Notes: generated from the letters alone by a model not told the origin. 63,985 bases of DNA, filler included, from Octopus bimaculoides (GCF_001194135.2; 7 parts of 6 records of this genome joined end to end with filler, not necessarily neighbours in it); one strand, 5' to 3'. Positions 23,003 to 36,444 are shown, numbered from the whole stretch's first letter. Program-made: numbers and translations.

Positions 23003-25107
23003 TATATTCGAAATAAATTTCAAGAGATACTTCCTCTAGTTATCATAACAGCTCATTTCTCCAAGTTAATTTCCAAATATATCTTTTATTTCTATTTCAA
23101 TGAAATCCTTTGATTCGTATTTTTTTACTTTATTTTATTCTGCTTTTGTTTTTAAAGCATTTTACGGGCGAGTTGAATGCATTTTGCTGTTGTTTTGACC
23201 GTTTCCGTCTGTCTCCGGTTTTAACACTATAACGTTTCATCTTTTATCTTTTACTTGTTTCATGTTGACTGTCCCCTGGGGACGCACCTCCAAAGGTTTC
23301 AGGCGAACTGATCAAACCCAGTACTTACTTTTTAAAGTCTCATTTTTATATTATCGGTGTCTTTGGCGGACATAATCAAACCAAGCACATGTGTTTAAGC
23401 AGAGGAGGGAGAGCAAACATAACGATGCACACACGTTCGTTCTATTTCAAAAATGATTTTTATTTCTTAATTCCTCGCTACATCCTAAACAAATGGCCCC
23501 TCATTAGCAGCACCATTTCGTTATTTGCTTTATAATACAATGGAAGGAAATTGCTTATTTCTTCTAGTTTCGATATTTGTATAAATGAACTTCAGTATAT
23601 GATCGCAAGAAGTAAACAAATACACGCGAATGGCATACTTTAGAATGTTTTAACAGATAATGCTAATTTTCATATCATATCGACAGCGTCTTCATACGCG
23701 GACATTTTATATTTTGAATTTTCTTCCTTGCTACGTGACTTTTAGTACGGCATTCCATTTGGTGATGATGAATGTATTTCTGATAAAAGTAACCTGCACT
23801 AATTTTAGTTGTATATATTTGTAATTAGGGTATATTGTTCAAGTGTTGCATCTCCCAAACAAATTACCTATTGTCATGGATATCATCATCTCTCGTGGTT
23901 TTATTCATTGGTAATGCATGGAATACACACACACACACACACACACANNNNNNNNNNNNNNNNNNNNNNNNNNNNNNNNNNNNNNNNNNNNNNNNNNNNN
24001 NNNNNNNNNNNNNNNNNNNNNNNNNNNNNNNNNNNNNATATATATATGTATATATATGCATACATACAAATACAATCATACACATACACACACACATATA
24101 TATATATACACATACAAACATATATATATATATACATACATATACAAACATATATAAGATATATATATGCATGTATAAATATATAAGATATATATACATG
24201 GTTTAATTATTCTTATTTTAGACAACTTTTGTAAATAACGCTATCAGCACAAACTACAATAAATTAGTGTACCTCTCGTATCGTTGAAGCTATATTCTGT
24301 TTACTGTGTATTTACTGTAAATCAAAAAAATGTAACATAACAGAATGGACTACGCTATATTTCATCCATAATTACAAATGATCGTACGTTAATTTATTGA
24401 AGAATATCTCTCCATTTGATGTGTCTCGTATGGTACACAATACTCATTACGATTTATTTTCGCATCGTCATTGTGGAACGTACTATACATAAGGCGTGGT
24501 TGAGAAGAATTTACATCACGCTATGGAATTCCTTTTTATGGGCAATAAATTGAACTCATACGCTTTTCCCCTACTTATATTAGTGTAGCTTAAAACACCA
24601 AAGTATGGCCATATTTTCGCATTGTTGTATGGTATACATGAATATTTATTTATCTGAGAAAATTCCCCCTCTCCATCTCCGCTAACGAATCATGAGATTG
24701 CATTGAAGGAAATATGGTGCAGCGATTTCCTTTAATTAAACCGTTTAAAAGCTGTTATATGTGGAATAAAATGCCTAAAGCATAGAAACTGATGATTATC
24801 TGTCTCGGCTGCAATTACTTTCCCTGGTGCTTTCTAGAATATTTTGACAACTGGAAGGGCTCTTACCCGTTAAAGAGAAAGTAAGAGTAGAATCGATAGT
24901 GTTGCGTGTTCTGCGCTTCTTCCAGAATTCCAAAATATGTATTCTTCACTCTTTACATCAATCAATCTTTGTAATTGAGGAATTATCATACAAATCCTAG
25001 TATACCATTTGTTATGTCTATGTATAATATCAAAAAAGCGTAGTGGGGTCTTGTCCAATCTACTTTGAGCGTGCATATTCACACCAGATCAGAATGCAAA
25101 GTCTGTA

Positions 25108-25227
25108 TCATTTCGAGGTATTGAACACAGTTTTACGGCACACTTTCAGCTGCTTTGTCATGTCCTTCTTACTGTCTCCAACTGATTCCAAAGCAAGAAT
25201 CAGCTCACTGTTTGCTTTGGACGCCAT
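25108..25227 (-). pseudogene. Tc1-like transposase N-terminal HTH remnant
   Basis: MASKANSELILALESVGDSKKDMTKQLKVCRKTVFNTSK* resembles the Tc1 HTH pattern IxALxxxGxSxxDIAKQLKVxRKTV. Confidence 0.45.
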
Positions 25228-25789
25228 GCTTGTTTAGAAACCTGTTATAGACACATGAACGAAAGACAGGTACAAATCTTTATGTAACATGTAGATAATA
25301 TTACCTGAACAGATATTCTTTAGGAAGGGTTTTAAACACAGGTAAATCTTTCTGGGACACCATGATGCACCTGGATGCACTCCAAGATGTTCGACAGGAT
25401 AAATTACGGTCAGCAATGCATTAATCTCATCAAGAAGGATATAAATAACAAACTCATCAAACGGACATATTAACAGGAATACAAAGTCCTATAAAATGTA
25501 ACTTATTTATATTCATATGCACACATGCTTACACACACTCAGATATGTGACGTGTAAATATAAACATTATATACCTACAAAAACACACACACGTATACAA
25601 ACACATATACATAGACATGCATTAATATACAAGCACATACACACAAATATATACATATGCATATATACAAATATATACATAGACATATATANNNNNNNNN
25701 NNNNNNNNNNNNNNNNNNNNNNNNNNNNNNNNNNNNNNNNNNNNNNNNNNNNNNNNNNNNNNNNNNNNNNNNNNNNNNNNNNNNNNNNN

Positions 25790-25824
<35 letters not shown>

Positions 25825-26144
25825 TGCGAAGTAGATGGCTCTTTCGAAGCGCCGGGTGTTAAAACACGTGACAGTCAGAGTCATAAAGACATGAAACAAC
25901 TCACCCCAAGTCCTATCCAAGAGTGATGGACATCGATGTTTCGCAATGTTTGTGGCTTATCAACATCACGTGCCTAAACGGAACCGGAGGCTAGCTGAAT
26001 GGCCTGTCCATGACTATACGTAAAATGGTGTGAAAATCTTCTGCTGGAATCCACGAACGATGCACACGTAGGAATAAATTCAAATCGGAATTACAAAAAG
26101 CGCTAATGTTGCAAGCATTATCGAATACGCATATACAACAGGTG

Positions 26145-26280
26145 AAGGTGGTGGGGGGTACGAAGCTTGCTTCCCAAACACATGGTTCCGGTTTTCCTCA
26201 CACTGCGTGGCAACTTGTGCAAATGTTTACTACTACAGCTTCAGGCCGACCAAAGCTTTGTAAGTGAATTTGGTAAATGG
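26145..26280 (+). mobile_element. SINE family B, 5' half, degenerate
   Basis: cacatggttccggtt..cactgcgtggcaac..ggccgaccaaagctttgtaagtgaatttgg. Confidence 0.6.
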
Positions 26281-26478
26281 AAAATGACTACAACTTTCAG
26301 TTGCTTTAATACACGGCGCTTGGAAAGAATCATCTCTTCCGCGCCAAACTGCATCCGACCGGATATTTATGCGTTTTCGTTAATGTTACTTGCTTCTAAT
26401 TCATATTTAAATATATACATATAAATGCATATATAAATGTAGAAGTAGAAGTAAGGGTGACTCAAGTTTCGAGAGTTT

Positions 26479-26511
<33 letters not shown>

Positions 26512-27202
26512 NNNNNNNNNNNNNNNNNNNNNNNNNNNNNNNNNNNNNNNNNNNNNNNNNNNNNNNNNNNNNNNNNNNNNNNNNNNNNNNNNNNNNNNNN
26601 NNNNNNNNNNNNNNNNNNNNNNNNNNNNNNNNNNNNNNNNNNNNNNNNNNNNNNNNNNNNNNNNNNNNNNNNNNNNNNNNNNNNNNNNNNNNNNNNNNNN
26701 NNNNNNNNNNNNNNNNNNNNNNNNNNNNNNNNNNNNNNNNNNNNNNNNNNNNNNNNNNNNNNNNNNNNNNNNNNNNNNNNNNNNNNNNNNNNNNNNNNNN
26801 NNNNNNNNNNNNNNNNNNNNNNNNNNNNNNNNNNNNNNNNNNNNNNNNNNNNNNNNNNNNNNNNNNNNNNNNNNNNNNNNNNNNNNNNNNNNNNNNNNNN
26901 NNNNNNNNNNNNNNNNNNNNNNNNNNNNNNNNNNNNNNNNNNNNNNNNNNNNNNNNNNNNNNNNNNNNNNNNNNNNNNNNNNNNNNNNNNNNNNNNNNNN
27001 NNNNNNNNNNNNNNNNNNNNNNNNNNNNNNNNNNNNNNNNNNNNNNNNNNNNNNNNNNNNNNNNNNNNNNNNNNNNNNNNNNNNNNNNNNNNNNNNNNNN
27101 NNNNNNNNNNNNNNNNNNNNNNNNNNNNNNNNNNNNNNNNNNNNNNNNNNNNNNNNNNNNNNNNNNNNNNNNNNNNNNNNNNNNNNNNNNNNNNNNNNNN
27201 NN

Positions 27203-27581
27203 ATCTCTCCCGCCTGCGCTCCAGGGAGTAGAGACCTAGTGCCTTCAGTCGCTCCCTGTAGTTCATCTGTTGGACTGTGGCGATCTTTTTTGTATAGTGC
27301 CGCTGAATTGCCTCGAGTTCTGCTGTCCGCTTAACACTGTGTGGTGACCACGACTGAGAGCAATAGTCTAGGCGGCTCAGAACAAATGTCTTCCACAGAG
27401 TCAACATGACTTTTTGATCCCTTGTACGGAATGTCCTCAGTATCCACCCTGCCAGTTGTCTGCACTTTGCTGTCAACTTGACAATGTGCATGTGAAATGA
27501 TACATCACTACACATGTTGATGCCCAGATCTCTTACTGTTTGTGGTTCTGGGATTGCAGAATTATAATTAGGGTTCAGCAA
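27203..27581 (-). mobile_element. CR1-clade LINE, RT C-terminal fragment
   Basis: Uninterrupted VRDLGI..AGWILRTF..RLDYCSQSWSP..LEAIQR..YRERLKALGLYSLERRRER, the typical CR1 C-terminal signature. Runs into an N gap. Confidence 0.85.
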
Positions 27582-27714
27582 ATAGAGGAGGAATTCGTGT
27601 TCTCACTCGTGTGTATAAATTTGGAAGTGCTGTTTTTTTGGGATATTAGTTATTCGATGTCCCTTGGTCGAATGCGTATCTAATTATTAGTCCTTTCAAA
27701 CTTATATGTGAAAT

Positions 27715-27787
27715 ACTACACTGAAGAGGGAAATAAGTGAGTAAGTTTGGATTTTACATCTCTTTAATCCCGAAACGCGTATGTAGT
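27715..27787 (+). ncRNA. Type-I minimal hammerhead ribozyme, canonical core
   Basis: Stem I ACUACA (27715-20) pairs with UGUAGU (27782-87). CUGAAGA (27721-27). Stem II GGGA/UCCC (27728-31/27768-71). GAAAC-GC-GUA gives a palindromic ACGCGU stem III. Predicted cleavage after A27781. Confidence 0.8.
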
Positions 27788-28104
27788 TAATCAAAGTCGG
27801 GTAGATTCGTTATTTTTTCTCTTTACCTACGTAAAATAAGAGTATTGCTGTCTGGGAGACATCTTATGGTAGAGGAATAGTATTTAACTGCTATTTCTAA
27901 ATTTCGGTATGTGTTGAAGCATATACTTATAAAATTTTTGTATAATGTTACTGATAAAGGTTATTTTAACATACCGTACTACTTGGTAAAATTGTAAATT
28001 ATTAATTAATTAATTTTACCCTTTATTATTATTGAATGTATATATATTTCTATATATATGTATGTATATGCATATACGTATATATATATAAAATTTTATA
28101 TATA

Positions 28105-28448
28105 TAAAATTTATTAATGAGGGTAGAAATTGATATTAATCAATTAAAACCAGTGGTCCAGCATATTGAAAAAAAACGAAGATTAAAATTATATTACATA
28201 CAAAAAAAAGAGAAATGACCAGCAAAAGTGGACTCCTATATGCTAGAAATAGATGCCGAATCATCTAACCAAGAAAAATATGTTCTCAGTAAAAATTTAG
28301 CGACACAACAGACTGTAAAAGGGCAAGACAAGTGTCGCTAAATTTTTACTGAGAACATATTTTTCGTGGTTAGATGATTCGGCATCTATTTTTAGCATAT
28401 AGGAGTCCACTTTTGCTGGTCATTCCTCTTATTTTTGTATGTAATATA
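28105..28448. mobile_element. Fold-back (palindromic) MITE
   Basis: Arms 28190-28306 and 28332-28448 are near-perfect reverse complements with a 25-nt loop. The outer left arm matches the reverse complement of ~46730-46800. Confidence 0.75.
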
Positions 28449-28995
28449 TATATACTCTNNNNNNNNNNNNNNNNNNNNNNNNNNNNNNNNNNNNNNNNNN
28501 NNNNNNNNNNNNNNNNNNNNNNNNNNNNNNNNNNNNNNNNNNNNNNNNNNNNNNNNNNNNNNNNNNNNNNNNNNNNNNNNNNNNNNNNNNNNNNNNNNNN
28601 NNNNNNNNNNNNNNNNNNNNNNNNNNNNNNNNNNNNNNNNNNNNNNNNNNNNNNNNNNNNNNNNNNNNNNNNNNNNNNNNNNNNNNNNNNNNNNNNNNNN
28701 NNNNNNNNNNNNNNNNNNNNNNNNNNNNNNNNNNNNNNNNNNNNNNNNNNNNNNNNNNNNNNNNNNNNNNNNNNNNNNNNNNNNNNNNNNNNNNNNNNNN
28801 NNNNNNNNNNNNNNNNNNNNNNNNNNNNNNNNNNNNNNNNNNNNNNNNNNNNNNNNNNNNNNNNNNNNNNNNNNNNNNNNNNNNNNNNNNNNNNNNNNNN
28901 NNNNNNNNNNNNNNNNNNNNNNNNNNNNNNNNNNNNNNNNNNNNNNNNNNNNNNNNNNNACACACACACACATGCACATATCGACACAGACATTA

Positions 28996-29030
<35 letters not shown>

Positions 29031-30603
29031 TGTAAATTTATGTATGTGTCGACGTGTTTATATTTCTGTTTTTGTAGCCAAACTGTATTGAAAAAAAAAC
29101 TATAATCCGATTTTTTCACATTAAAATATCCTGTGATATTTGTTGAGACGAAACTGCTTAGATATTACCTTCTTATCCTCGGCATCTTAAATGTAGGAAA
29201 TTTAATATCCACTTTGGGATAGGCAGCTATTGATACTCTTGTTGGTGTGTGGCTAATGGCAGGAGTATGGATTCGACTCCACAGACCTCACCTAGTTGTC
29301 ACGTTCGATCGACCTGTATAACAAATGCATTTCCCTTTATTTTCTAAGCACAACATCTATGCGAATACCTGTTAGATGTGGACTACTCGAAATGAAATGG
29401 TTCTCACAATCAATGTTACTTGATTCTTTCTTAGAACTGCATTCTGTCAACAAGTATCTATTCTGAGACCCATACGATATCAACGAGTTGTTGGTTCATT
29501 TGAGTTATCACTTCTATTTGTCAACAAGAAAAACAAACATTCTCTGAAAATATTAAGTATTTACGAAGTTTTGTTACGTCGATGTAATATAGCATTTTAA
29601 TCTGTATAAGGACTTAATTTACTTTCGTTTTGAAAACTGCTTTCTAATCAATACAGTCAGCGCCATCTACCGTAACGAAACTAAATGGGACGACGACTGA
29701 GATGACAAATTTTATCTACCTCTTTATGAACATACATGTTTATGAACTTCTAAAGTATATTTTTACTTATGTTACGTGATGCCCCTTCTATGCATCGATC
29801 AAATAAGTTTTAAAATCAATTTCTTCCAATTGGGAACACTTAACTCATAATTGACCATTTCGCACCGTTGTGTTGTGCTTGCAATAATTTATATTTTAAT
29901 GAAGACACTTCTTTGGTTCCAAAGACTGTCAGGTCATTTTTCAATTTACAAATATAAAGGTCACACAGGAATTCTGAAATTTTGCTGAAAGACTTATATT
30001 TGATTTCATCCTCCATAGCCACATAGAATAAATTTAATTCATTTTCAATATTTTCTTAATAAAATACTTTGTTGGTTTGCTGATTCTGTTATTTCAATTT
30101 TATCATCATTTCAATTGGCTATTCGAATTTCGTAAGCTTTACTCATTTAATAATGTTTTGCTTAAAGCCACAAGAAAAAATATTTATATTTTATGAGTTA
30201 CTTAAACGGCAAATCGGTTAAGTTATTTCAGATAAAAATTCCATTATGCTTTTATTTTCAAACTCTGAAATATTTTCTATATTACTAATGTAATCGAAAA
30301 TATTCATCCATGAAAATTTACTTTCACCAATTGAATGAGATGATGACGTTTGAAAGACAAAGAAGAGAAGCAGACTGAACAGAATTCAACGCAGTAGGCC
30401 GACAAAGAAAGACAGACGCGTATCACAAGTATTAAGTAATGTTAAATAACGCTATTTACAATTAACGTCATATTCACACAACAGATTCATACAACACAAT
30501 TAGATCCACAAAAAACCTTTCCCTAACAGACAGTTGCAGGATGGGTCGAAGCGATCGTCGTACTGAATAAAGACTAGTGATAAATTCATCTTCCTTTTCC
30601 TTC

Positions 30604-30845
<242 letters not shown>

Positions 30846-30945
30846 NNNNNNNNNNNNNNNNNNNNNNNNNNNNNNNNNNNNNNNNNNNNTTAATTAATTA
30901 ANNNNNNNNNNNNNNNNNNNNNNNNNNNNNNNNNNNNNNNNNNNN
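30846..30945. other. Artificial scaffold-joining spacer
   Basis: 44 N + TTAATTAATTAA + 44 N. Confidence 0.95.
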
Positions 30946-31131
30946 ACGACACAATGAAGTAGAGAAATTTGAAAAGACAACACGAAACCGGTTATTTCTC
31001 AAAATACAATGTTTATATACCAAAAAGATTTTATAACATTTTTATAACATTTTTCTTACATTTTTCTGACATAATTTAAATATATACTTTAACCATGTAA
31101 CACAAGCCTTCTGTAGTTTTTTCACTCTTAT

Positions 31132-31165
<34 letters not shown>

Positions 31166-31172
31166 TTAATTA

Positions 31173-32090
31173 CAGTGTACCCCCGCTTATTCGCGGTTCG
31201 ACATTCACGGTGCCGGTTATTTGCGGAACGAATAACTGTTCGCGGAAACCACCGCGGAACCGTAAGCATCGTCCGCGAAGTCCAAGTCGAGTTCCTCCCT
31301 GCTAACACCAACCTCCCTCTTCCAGCCTATGTATCAAGGTGTGATCCGTGCCTTCAAGGCATTTTACACTCGGAACACTCCGTGGACGCATTGGATTCGG
31401 ACGAGAATTTCAAGTTAAAGGAGGCGTAACCACACGATCTCACCTGTCAGTCATCCACGCTGTTCTTAAAGACATGGAAAAAGTAACTCTCATCGCATGC
31501 TGGAAGGTGTGGTCACAGTGTGTCCAGGACTACGAGGGGCTTCTCAGCTAAAGACATTCAGAACGAGGCTGTCAACAATGTGGTGAAACTTGCAAAGGTA
31601 TTTGGAGGCGAAGGTTTTGACGACATCACGTGAGATGAGGTCAACAATCTCATCGATGCTCACTCTGAAACCCTGACAGACGAAGATTCGTTGGAGTTAA
31701 CAAACTCTGCCAGCGAAGAGGAGAAAGCGCTAGATCCCGAGGAAGAGGTCGCACGTGTGTCCGACCTTTTAAGGACAGCAACGGAATGGCAAGGAAAGCT
31801 GGAAGCATGGGATCCCTATATGGTTCGGTCTCTCCAATTTAAAAATGCCATCGATGCTGCCATGCAGACATATAAGACTCTCGCCGCCACCATAAAGAAA
31901 CAACGACAACAACTTTCCATCAATGTTCCTCAAGCCCAGCAAGAAAGCCTGGCAGGAAGATACGACATCCCCTAAAACACCTAAAGAAGAGGCGTCACCT
32001 GAAGCGCTTTAAATCTTCTTTGCTGTGCAGTCATTACCTTTTCATCATCGTTTTAAATCAATATCATATATTATTGGTGAGTAACCGTAC
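31173..32090 (+). mobile_element. Tigger/pogo-family DNA transposon remnant (DDE C-terminal part)
   Basis: TA|cagtgtaccccgcttattcgcgg left terminus. VEFLPANTNSLFQPMYQGVIRAFKAFYTR (~31287-31373) matches the pogo/Tigger FLPxNTTSxxQPMDQGVI motif. An acidic C-terminal region follows; stops and frameshifts present. Confidence 0.8.
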
Positions 32091-32141
32091 ATTTTACTTT
32101 ATTTTTTATTAAATTATTATTAAATATTATATATATATATA

Positions 32142-32785
32142 TAAATTAAAAGGGTAAAGGATTATCAATTTATTAATAAATCAACAATTAATAATTAATT
32201 TTTACCAAGCCCATCGGTATGTAAGCACCATTATTGGTGGAGAACTTATTTAAAAGCTCATATATATTTATAAACACAATTAAGGGATCAGCAAATATTT
32301 GCTTCACCATATACCGAAGTTCAGAAATAGCTGCTAAAAAAGCTGAGAATCCCACAGATAGCATCACTTGTAACTCACAAAGGCAAAAACAAGAAGAAAA
32401 AACAATGAAAACTAACCATTCCGAAGATTAACTGTAGACGCGTTTCTGGATTATGAGTGATAGTTACTCAATTTTCTTCATCAATACGGTATTCCAGCAG
32501 TAAATTCGACTATGCTAGCAAACTGTGCAAGCATGAACGAGTAACATTCTACACCGACACAGATCTGAAAGCATAACCGAATCTGCCTCGGTCAGCCAGT
32601 CTGACTGTCCTTCCTTCAAGAAATTACCATGTGCGCGACAAGTGATATGTTTATAAATATATATGAGCTTTTAAATAAGTTCTCCACCACTAATGGTGCT
32701 TATATACCGATGGGCTTGGTAAAAATTATTAATTATTAATTGTTGATTTATTAATAAATTGATAATCCTTTACCCTTTTAATTTG
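32142..32785. mobile_element. Putative MITE with ~135-bp TIRs
   Basis: 32143-32276 is the reverse complement of 32648-32784. TA dinucleotides lie just outside both ends. Confidence 0.6.
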
Positions 32786-32829
32786 TAATAATTATTCACT
32801 CCCTGTTAGTATACGCAGATTCTCTGCGG

Positions 32830-33065
32830 TATCACTTGTCGCGCACATGGTAATTTCTTGAAGGAAGGACAGTTAGACTGGCTGACTGAAGTAGATTCGG
32901 TTATGCTTTCAGATCTGTGTCGGTGTGGAATGTTACTCGTTCATGCTTGCACAGTTTGCTAGCATAGTCGAATTTACTGCTGGAATACCGTATTGATGAA
33001 GGAAATTGAGTATCTATCACTCATAATCCAGGAACGCGTCTACAGTTAACCTTCGGAATGGTTAG
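32830..33065 (-). repeat. Inverted near-identical copy of 32412-32647
   Basis: 236-bp reverse-complement match with only scattered substitutions; ends at an N gap. Confidence 0.85.
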
Positions 33066-33240
33066 NNNNNNNNNNNNNNNNNNNNNNNNNNNNNNNNNNN
33101 NNNNNNNNNNNNNNNNNNNNNNNNNNNNNNNNNNNNNNNNNNNNNNNNNNNNNNNNNNNNNNNNNNNNNNNNNNNNNNNNNNNNNNNNNNNNNNNNNNNN
33201 NNNNNNNNNNNNNNNNNNNNNNNNNNNNNNNNNNNNNNNN

Positions 33241-33282
<42 letters not shown>

Positions 33283-33376
33283 TACGTTATATTTTGACAT
33301 TTATAGACAATTTTATGGACCACGTCCGATATACGCGGGTGCTCTAGAAACGTAACCCCAGTGAATATCGGGGGAC

Positions 33377-33409
<33 letters not shown>

Positions 33410-33531
33410 ACACCAGAGTAAGCACATAAATGTGAAACAAGGTGGGGAAAAGTAGTACTCGAATACCGGAGGTAGAGTAATATGCTTTCTTATTATTAAT
33501 GCTGCAAAGACATCACAAAAATATCACAAAA

Positions 33532-33573
33532 AACTGCTACTCGGTGTTTCACATTCTCGTTCGTCGGACAGTT
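33532..33573 (-). ncRNA. Degenerate type-I hammerhead-like motif, core CCGACGA
   Basis: Minus strand AACUGU-CCGACGA-ACG(AGAA)UGU-GAAAC-ACCGA-GUA-GCAGUU. Stem I is 6 bp including one G-U; stem II is 3 bp. Confidence 0.4.
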
Positions 33574-34029
33574 GTGATTGAGGATGGGACAAGAATTAAC
33601 GTTATATGAGTAAATATATCATACGATTTACATTGACTGATAAACATTTGAATTGGGCTTCATTTTACTGGTCGTTTCAACTAACGATTCCTTTTAAGAA
33701 AGGGTGGTATATATAAGATTATAAATTAAAAATTAGAACCTTAAATCAAAAGTAAATTTTAGTTTAGAAGGAAAAACATACATGTCCACAGTAAATTAAT
33801 TAATGGTAAAATAACTTTAATTAATATAAATGTGAGTCTGTTTATAATAAACTATTCACTTACAGAAACCTAAACGCATCAAACATATTCACATTATTCA
33901 CATATAAACGCATACATGCATCCATTTATACATGCTCAAATGACGCGTACGTCATGCAGAACTTATTTTTCGTATATTTATTTTCTGTGCATACATATTG
34001 TCATGCTTGACACACATGCACGCACGCAA

Positions 34030-34161
<132 letters not shown>

Positions 34162-34598
34162 ACGCAAATCTAGTGTCTGCGTATGCAAAGATATATGCTT
34201 GCGTGTATATATTAAATGTAGGTTTTTAAGTATAATTATGTATAAATGAGTATCCGCAGAGTATACACGCACAAACTCATATTTTACATACACAGAAATC
34301 CACACAATCTCGCATCACCTAAACATACACACACACTCATACGCACACACATACATACACATACATTTAGACATACGAACACACACATGTACACTCACAC
34401 TGCGATCGATTTATTTCAATGATTGCTTTTCATTTAACTATGTATATACAAATAAATTCAGTCTCGTCAATCAATAAGCGTGCAGAGTGTTTTATGTTAC
34501 ACATAAAAATACACACATACACACACACGTACACGAACATATATTACACACACATGCGTACAAACACGCTCACGTATACATAAATATGTATATATACG

Positions 34599-34630
<32 letters not shown>

Positions 34631-35161
34631 NNNNNNNNNNNNNNNNNNNNNNNNNNNNNNNNNNNNNNNNNNNNNNNNNNNNNNNNNNNNNNNNNNNNNN
34701 NNNNNNNNNNNNNNNNNNNNNNNNNNNNNNNNNNNNNNNNNNNNNNNNNNNNNNNNNNNNNNNNNNNNNNNNNNNNNNNNNNNNNNNNNNNNNNNNNNNN
34801 NNNNNNNNNNNNNNNNNNNNNNNNNNNNNNNNNNNNNNNNNNNNNNNNNNNNNNNNNNNNTAAATATATATATATATAGGTTAGTGTGTGTGTTTGTGAG
34901 GCAGTGTGCGTTTGTGGGTGCGTATATCAGTATGTATGTATATATATTTATGTGTGGCTGTGTGTATTATGTGGGGACGATAATCGTCTCTTCGTGTGTG
35001 CATATGTGCAGCTATATATATATGTATATATATATATACACATATGTATATATGCCTGTGCATATGTATACATGTGTGAGGGTGTAGGTGTGTGTATGTG
35101 ATTTCTGAGTGTTTGTGTAAATGTGTATGCATAGATATATAATACATACATACATACATAC

Positions 35162-35198
<37 letters not shown>

Positions 35199-35298
35199 NN
35201 NNNNNNNNNNNNNNNNNNNNNNNNNNNNNNNNNNNNNNNNNNTTAATTAATTAANNNNNNNNNNNNNNNNNNNNNNNNNNNNNNNNNNNNNNNNNNNN
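35199..35298. other. Artificial scaffold-joining spacer
   Basis: 44 N + TTAATTAATTAA + 44 N. Confidence 0.95.
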
Positions 35299-35987
35299 TT
35301 TTTTTTTTTTTTGTGGGTGAGAGGAGCTACGTGAAGGATAATGTTTTGTGTAGGCAGCCTGGGGGATAGTTGTATAAAAGTGGAAGGAAATTTATGCATT
35401 TGCAGCATGAAGGTTGACGTTGTGAAAAGATTTTATTTGGTTTGATTTTCAAATTTCGTTGTTGTTTATGGTTCAGACAAGCGTGGAAATAACTGCGTAA
35501 ACTGTTGTAGCAAATCCAGGTCATGATACTCTTTATATAAAATGTTTTTTTTTTTTGTTTATGCTTCATTAAAAAGGTGTAGGCCAAATAGTTACTGTTG
35601 ATGCTATTGGATTTCAGTTTTAAAGAAATTTTCACTGCTTTCTTAAGACTGAAAGACTGTTACTATAAATAGTTATTGGGATTTCCAAATCTGTTTATAG
35701 CACAGTAATTTGTATATTTTATCACTAAAAATGCAGTGATAATATGCATGACATTATTATTCACATCCGGGTAAACGTAAAAGAACATTTTCAATCTACA
35801 AGCAGACAGATACATAAACAAAATTTACATAGTATATTAATGCATAGCCATATCAACCTATAGATGTACATATGCCTATATTCATATACATAGGTATATA
35901 CTCACAGACATACACATATGCACCAATAGAAACGTAATATATATATACGCATACATACATACATAAACAAATATACATATATACGTC

Positions 35988-36185
35988 TCTTTTACTCTTT
36001 TACTTGTTTCAGTCATTTTGACTGTGGCCATGCTGGAGCACCACCTTTAGTCGAGCAAATCAACCCCAGCACTTATTCTTTGTAAGCCTAGTACTTATTC
36101 TATCGGTCTCTTTTGCTGAACTGCTAAGTTATGGGGACATAAACACACCAGCATCGGTTGTCAAGCGATGTTGGTGGGGACACAG

Positions 36186-36216
<31 letters not shown>

Positions 36217-36372
36217 CATATATACGACGGGCTTTCAGTTTCCGTCTACCAAATCCACTCACAAGGCTTTGGTTGGCCCGAGGAGACACTTGCCCAAGGT
36301 GCCACGCAGTGGGACTGAACCCAGAACCATGTGGTTGGTATGCAAGTTACTTACCACACAGCCACTCCTGTG
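35988..36372 (-). mobile_element. SINE family B, full length
   Basis: Minus strand: tRNA-like head (gcacaggagtggctgtgtggtaag..ggttcagtcccactg), CORE-like segment, internal (TA)/(TG) tract, 3' module and (gtaaaaga)n tail. Confidence 0.85.
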
Positions 36373-36444
36373 CATATATTAAACATATATAAACATATAT
36401 AAATATACATACATAAACATATATACATAAAGATTTTATCTTTT

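Noticed and set aside
29658-29669. CAGCGCCATCTA, similar to a CTCF-type core motif
   Set aside because: A single short match with no supporting context; the motif is also common in transposon ends.
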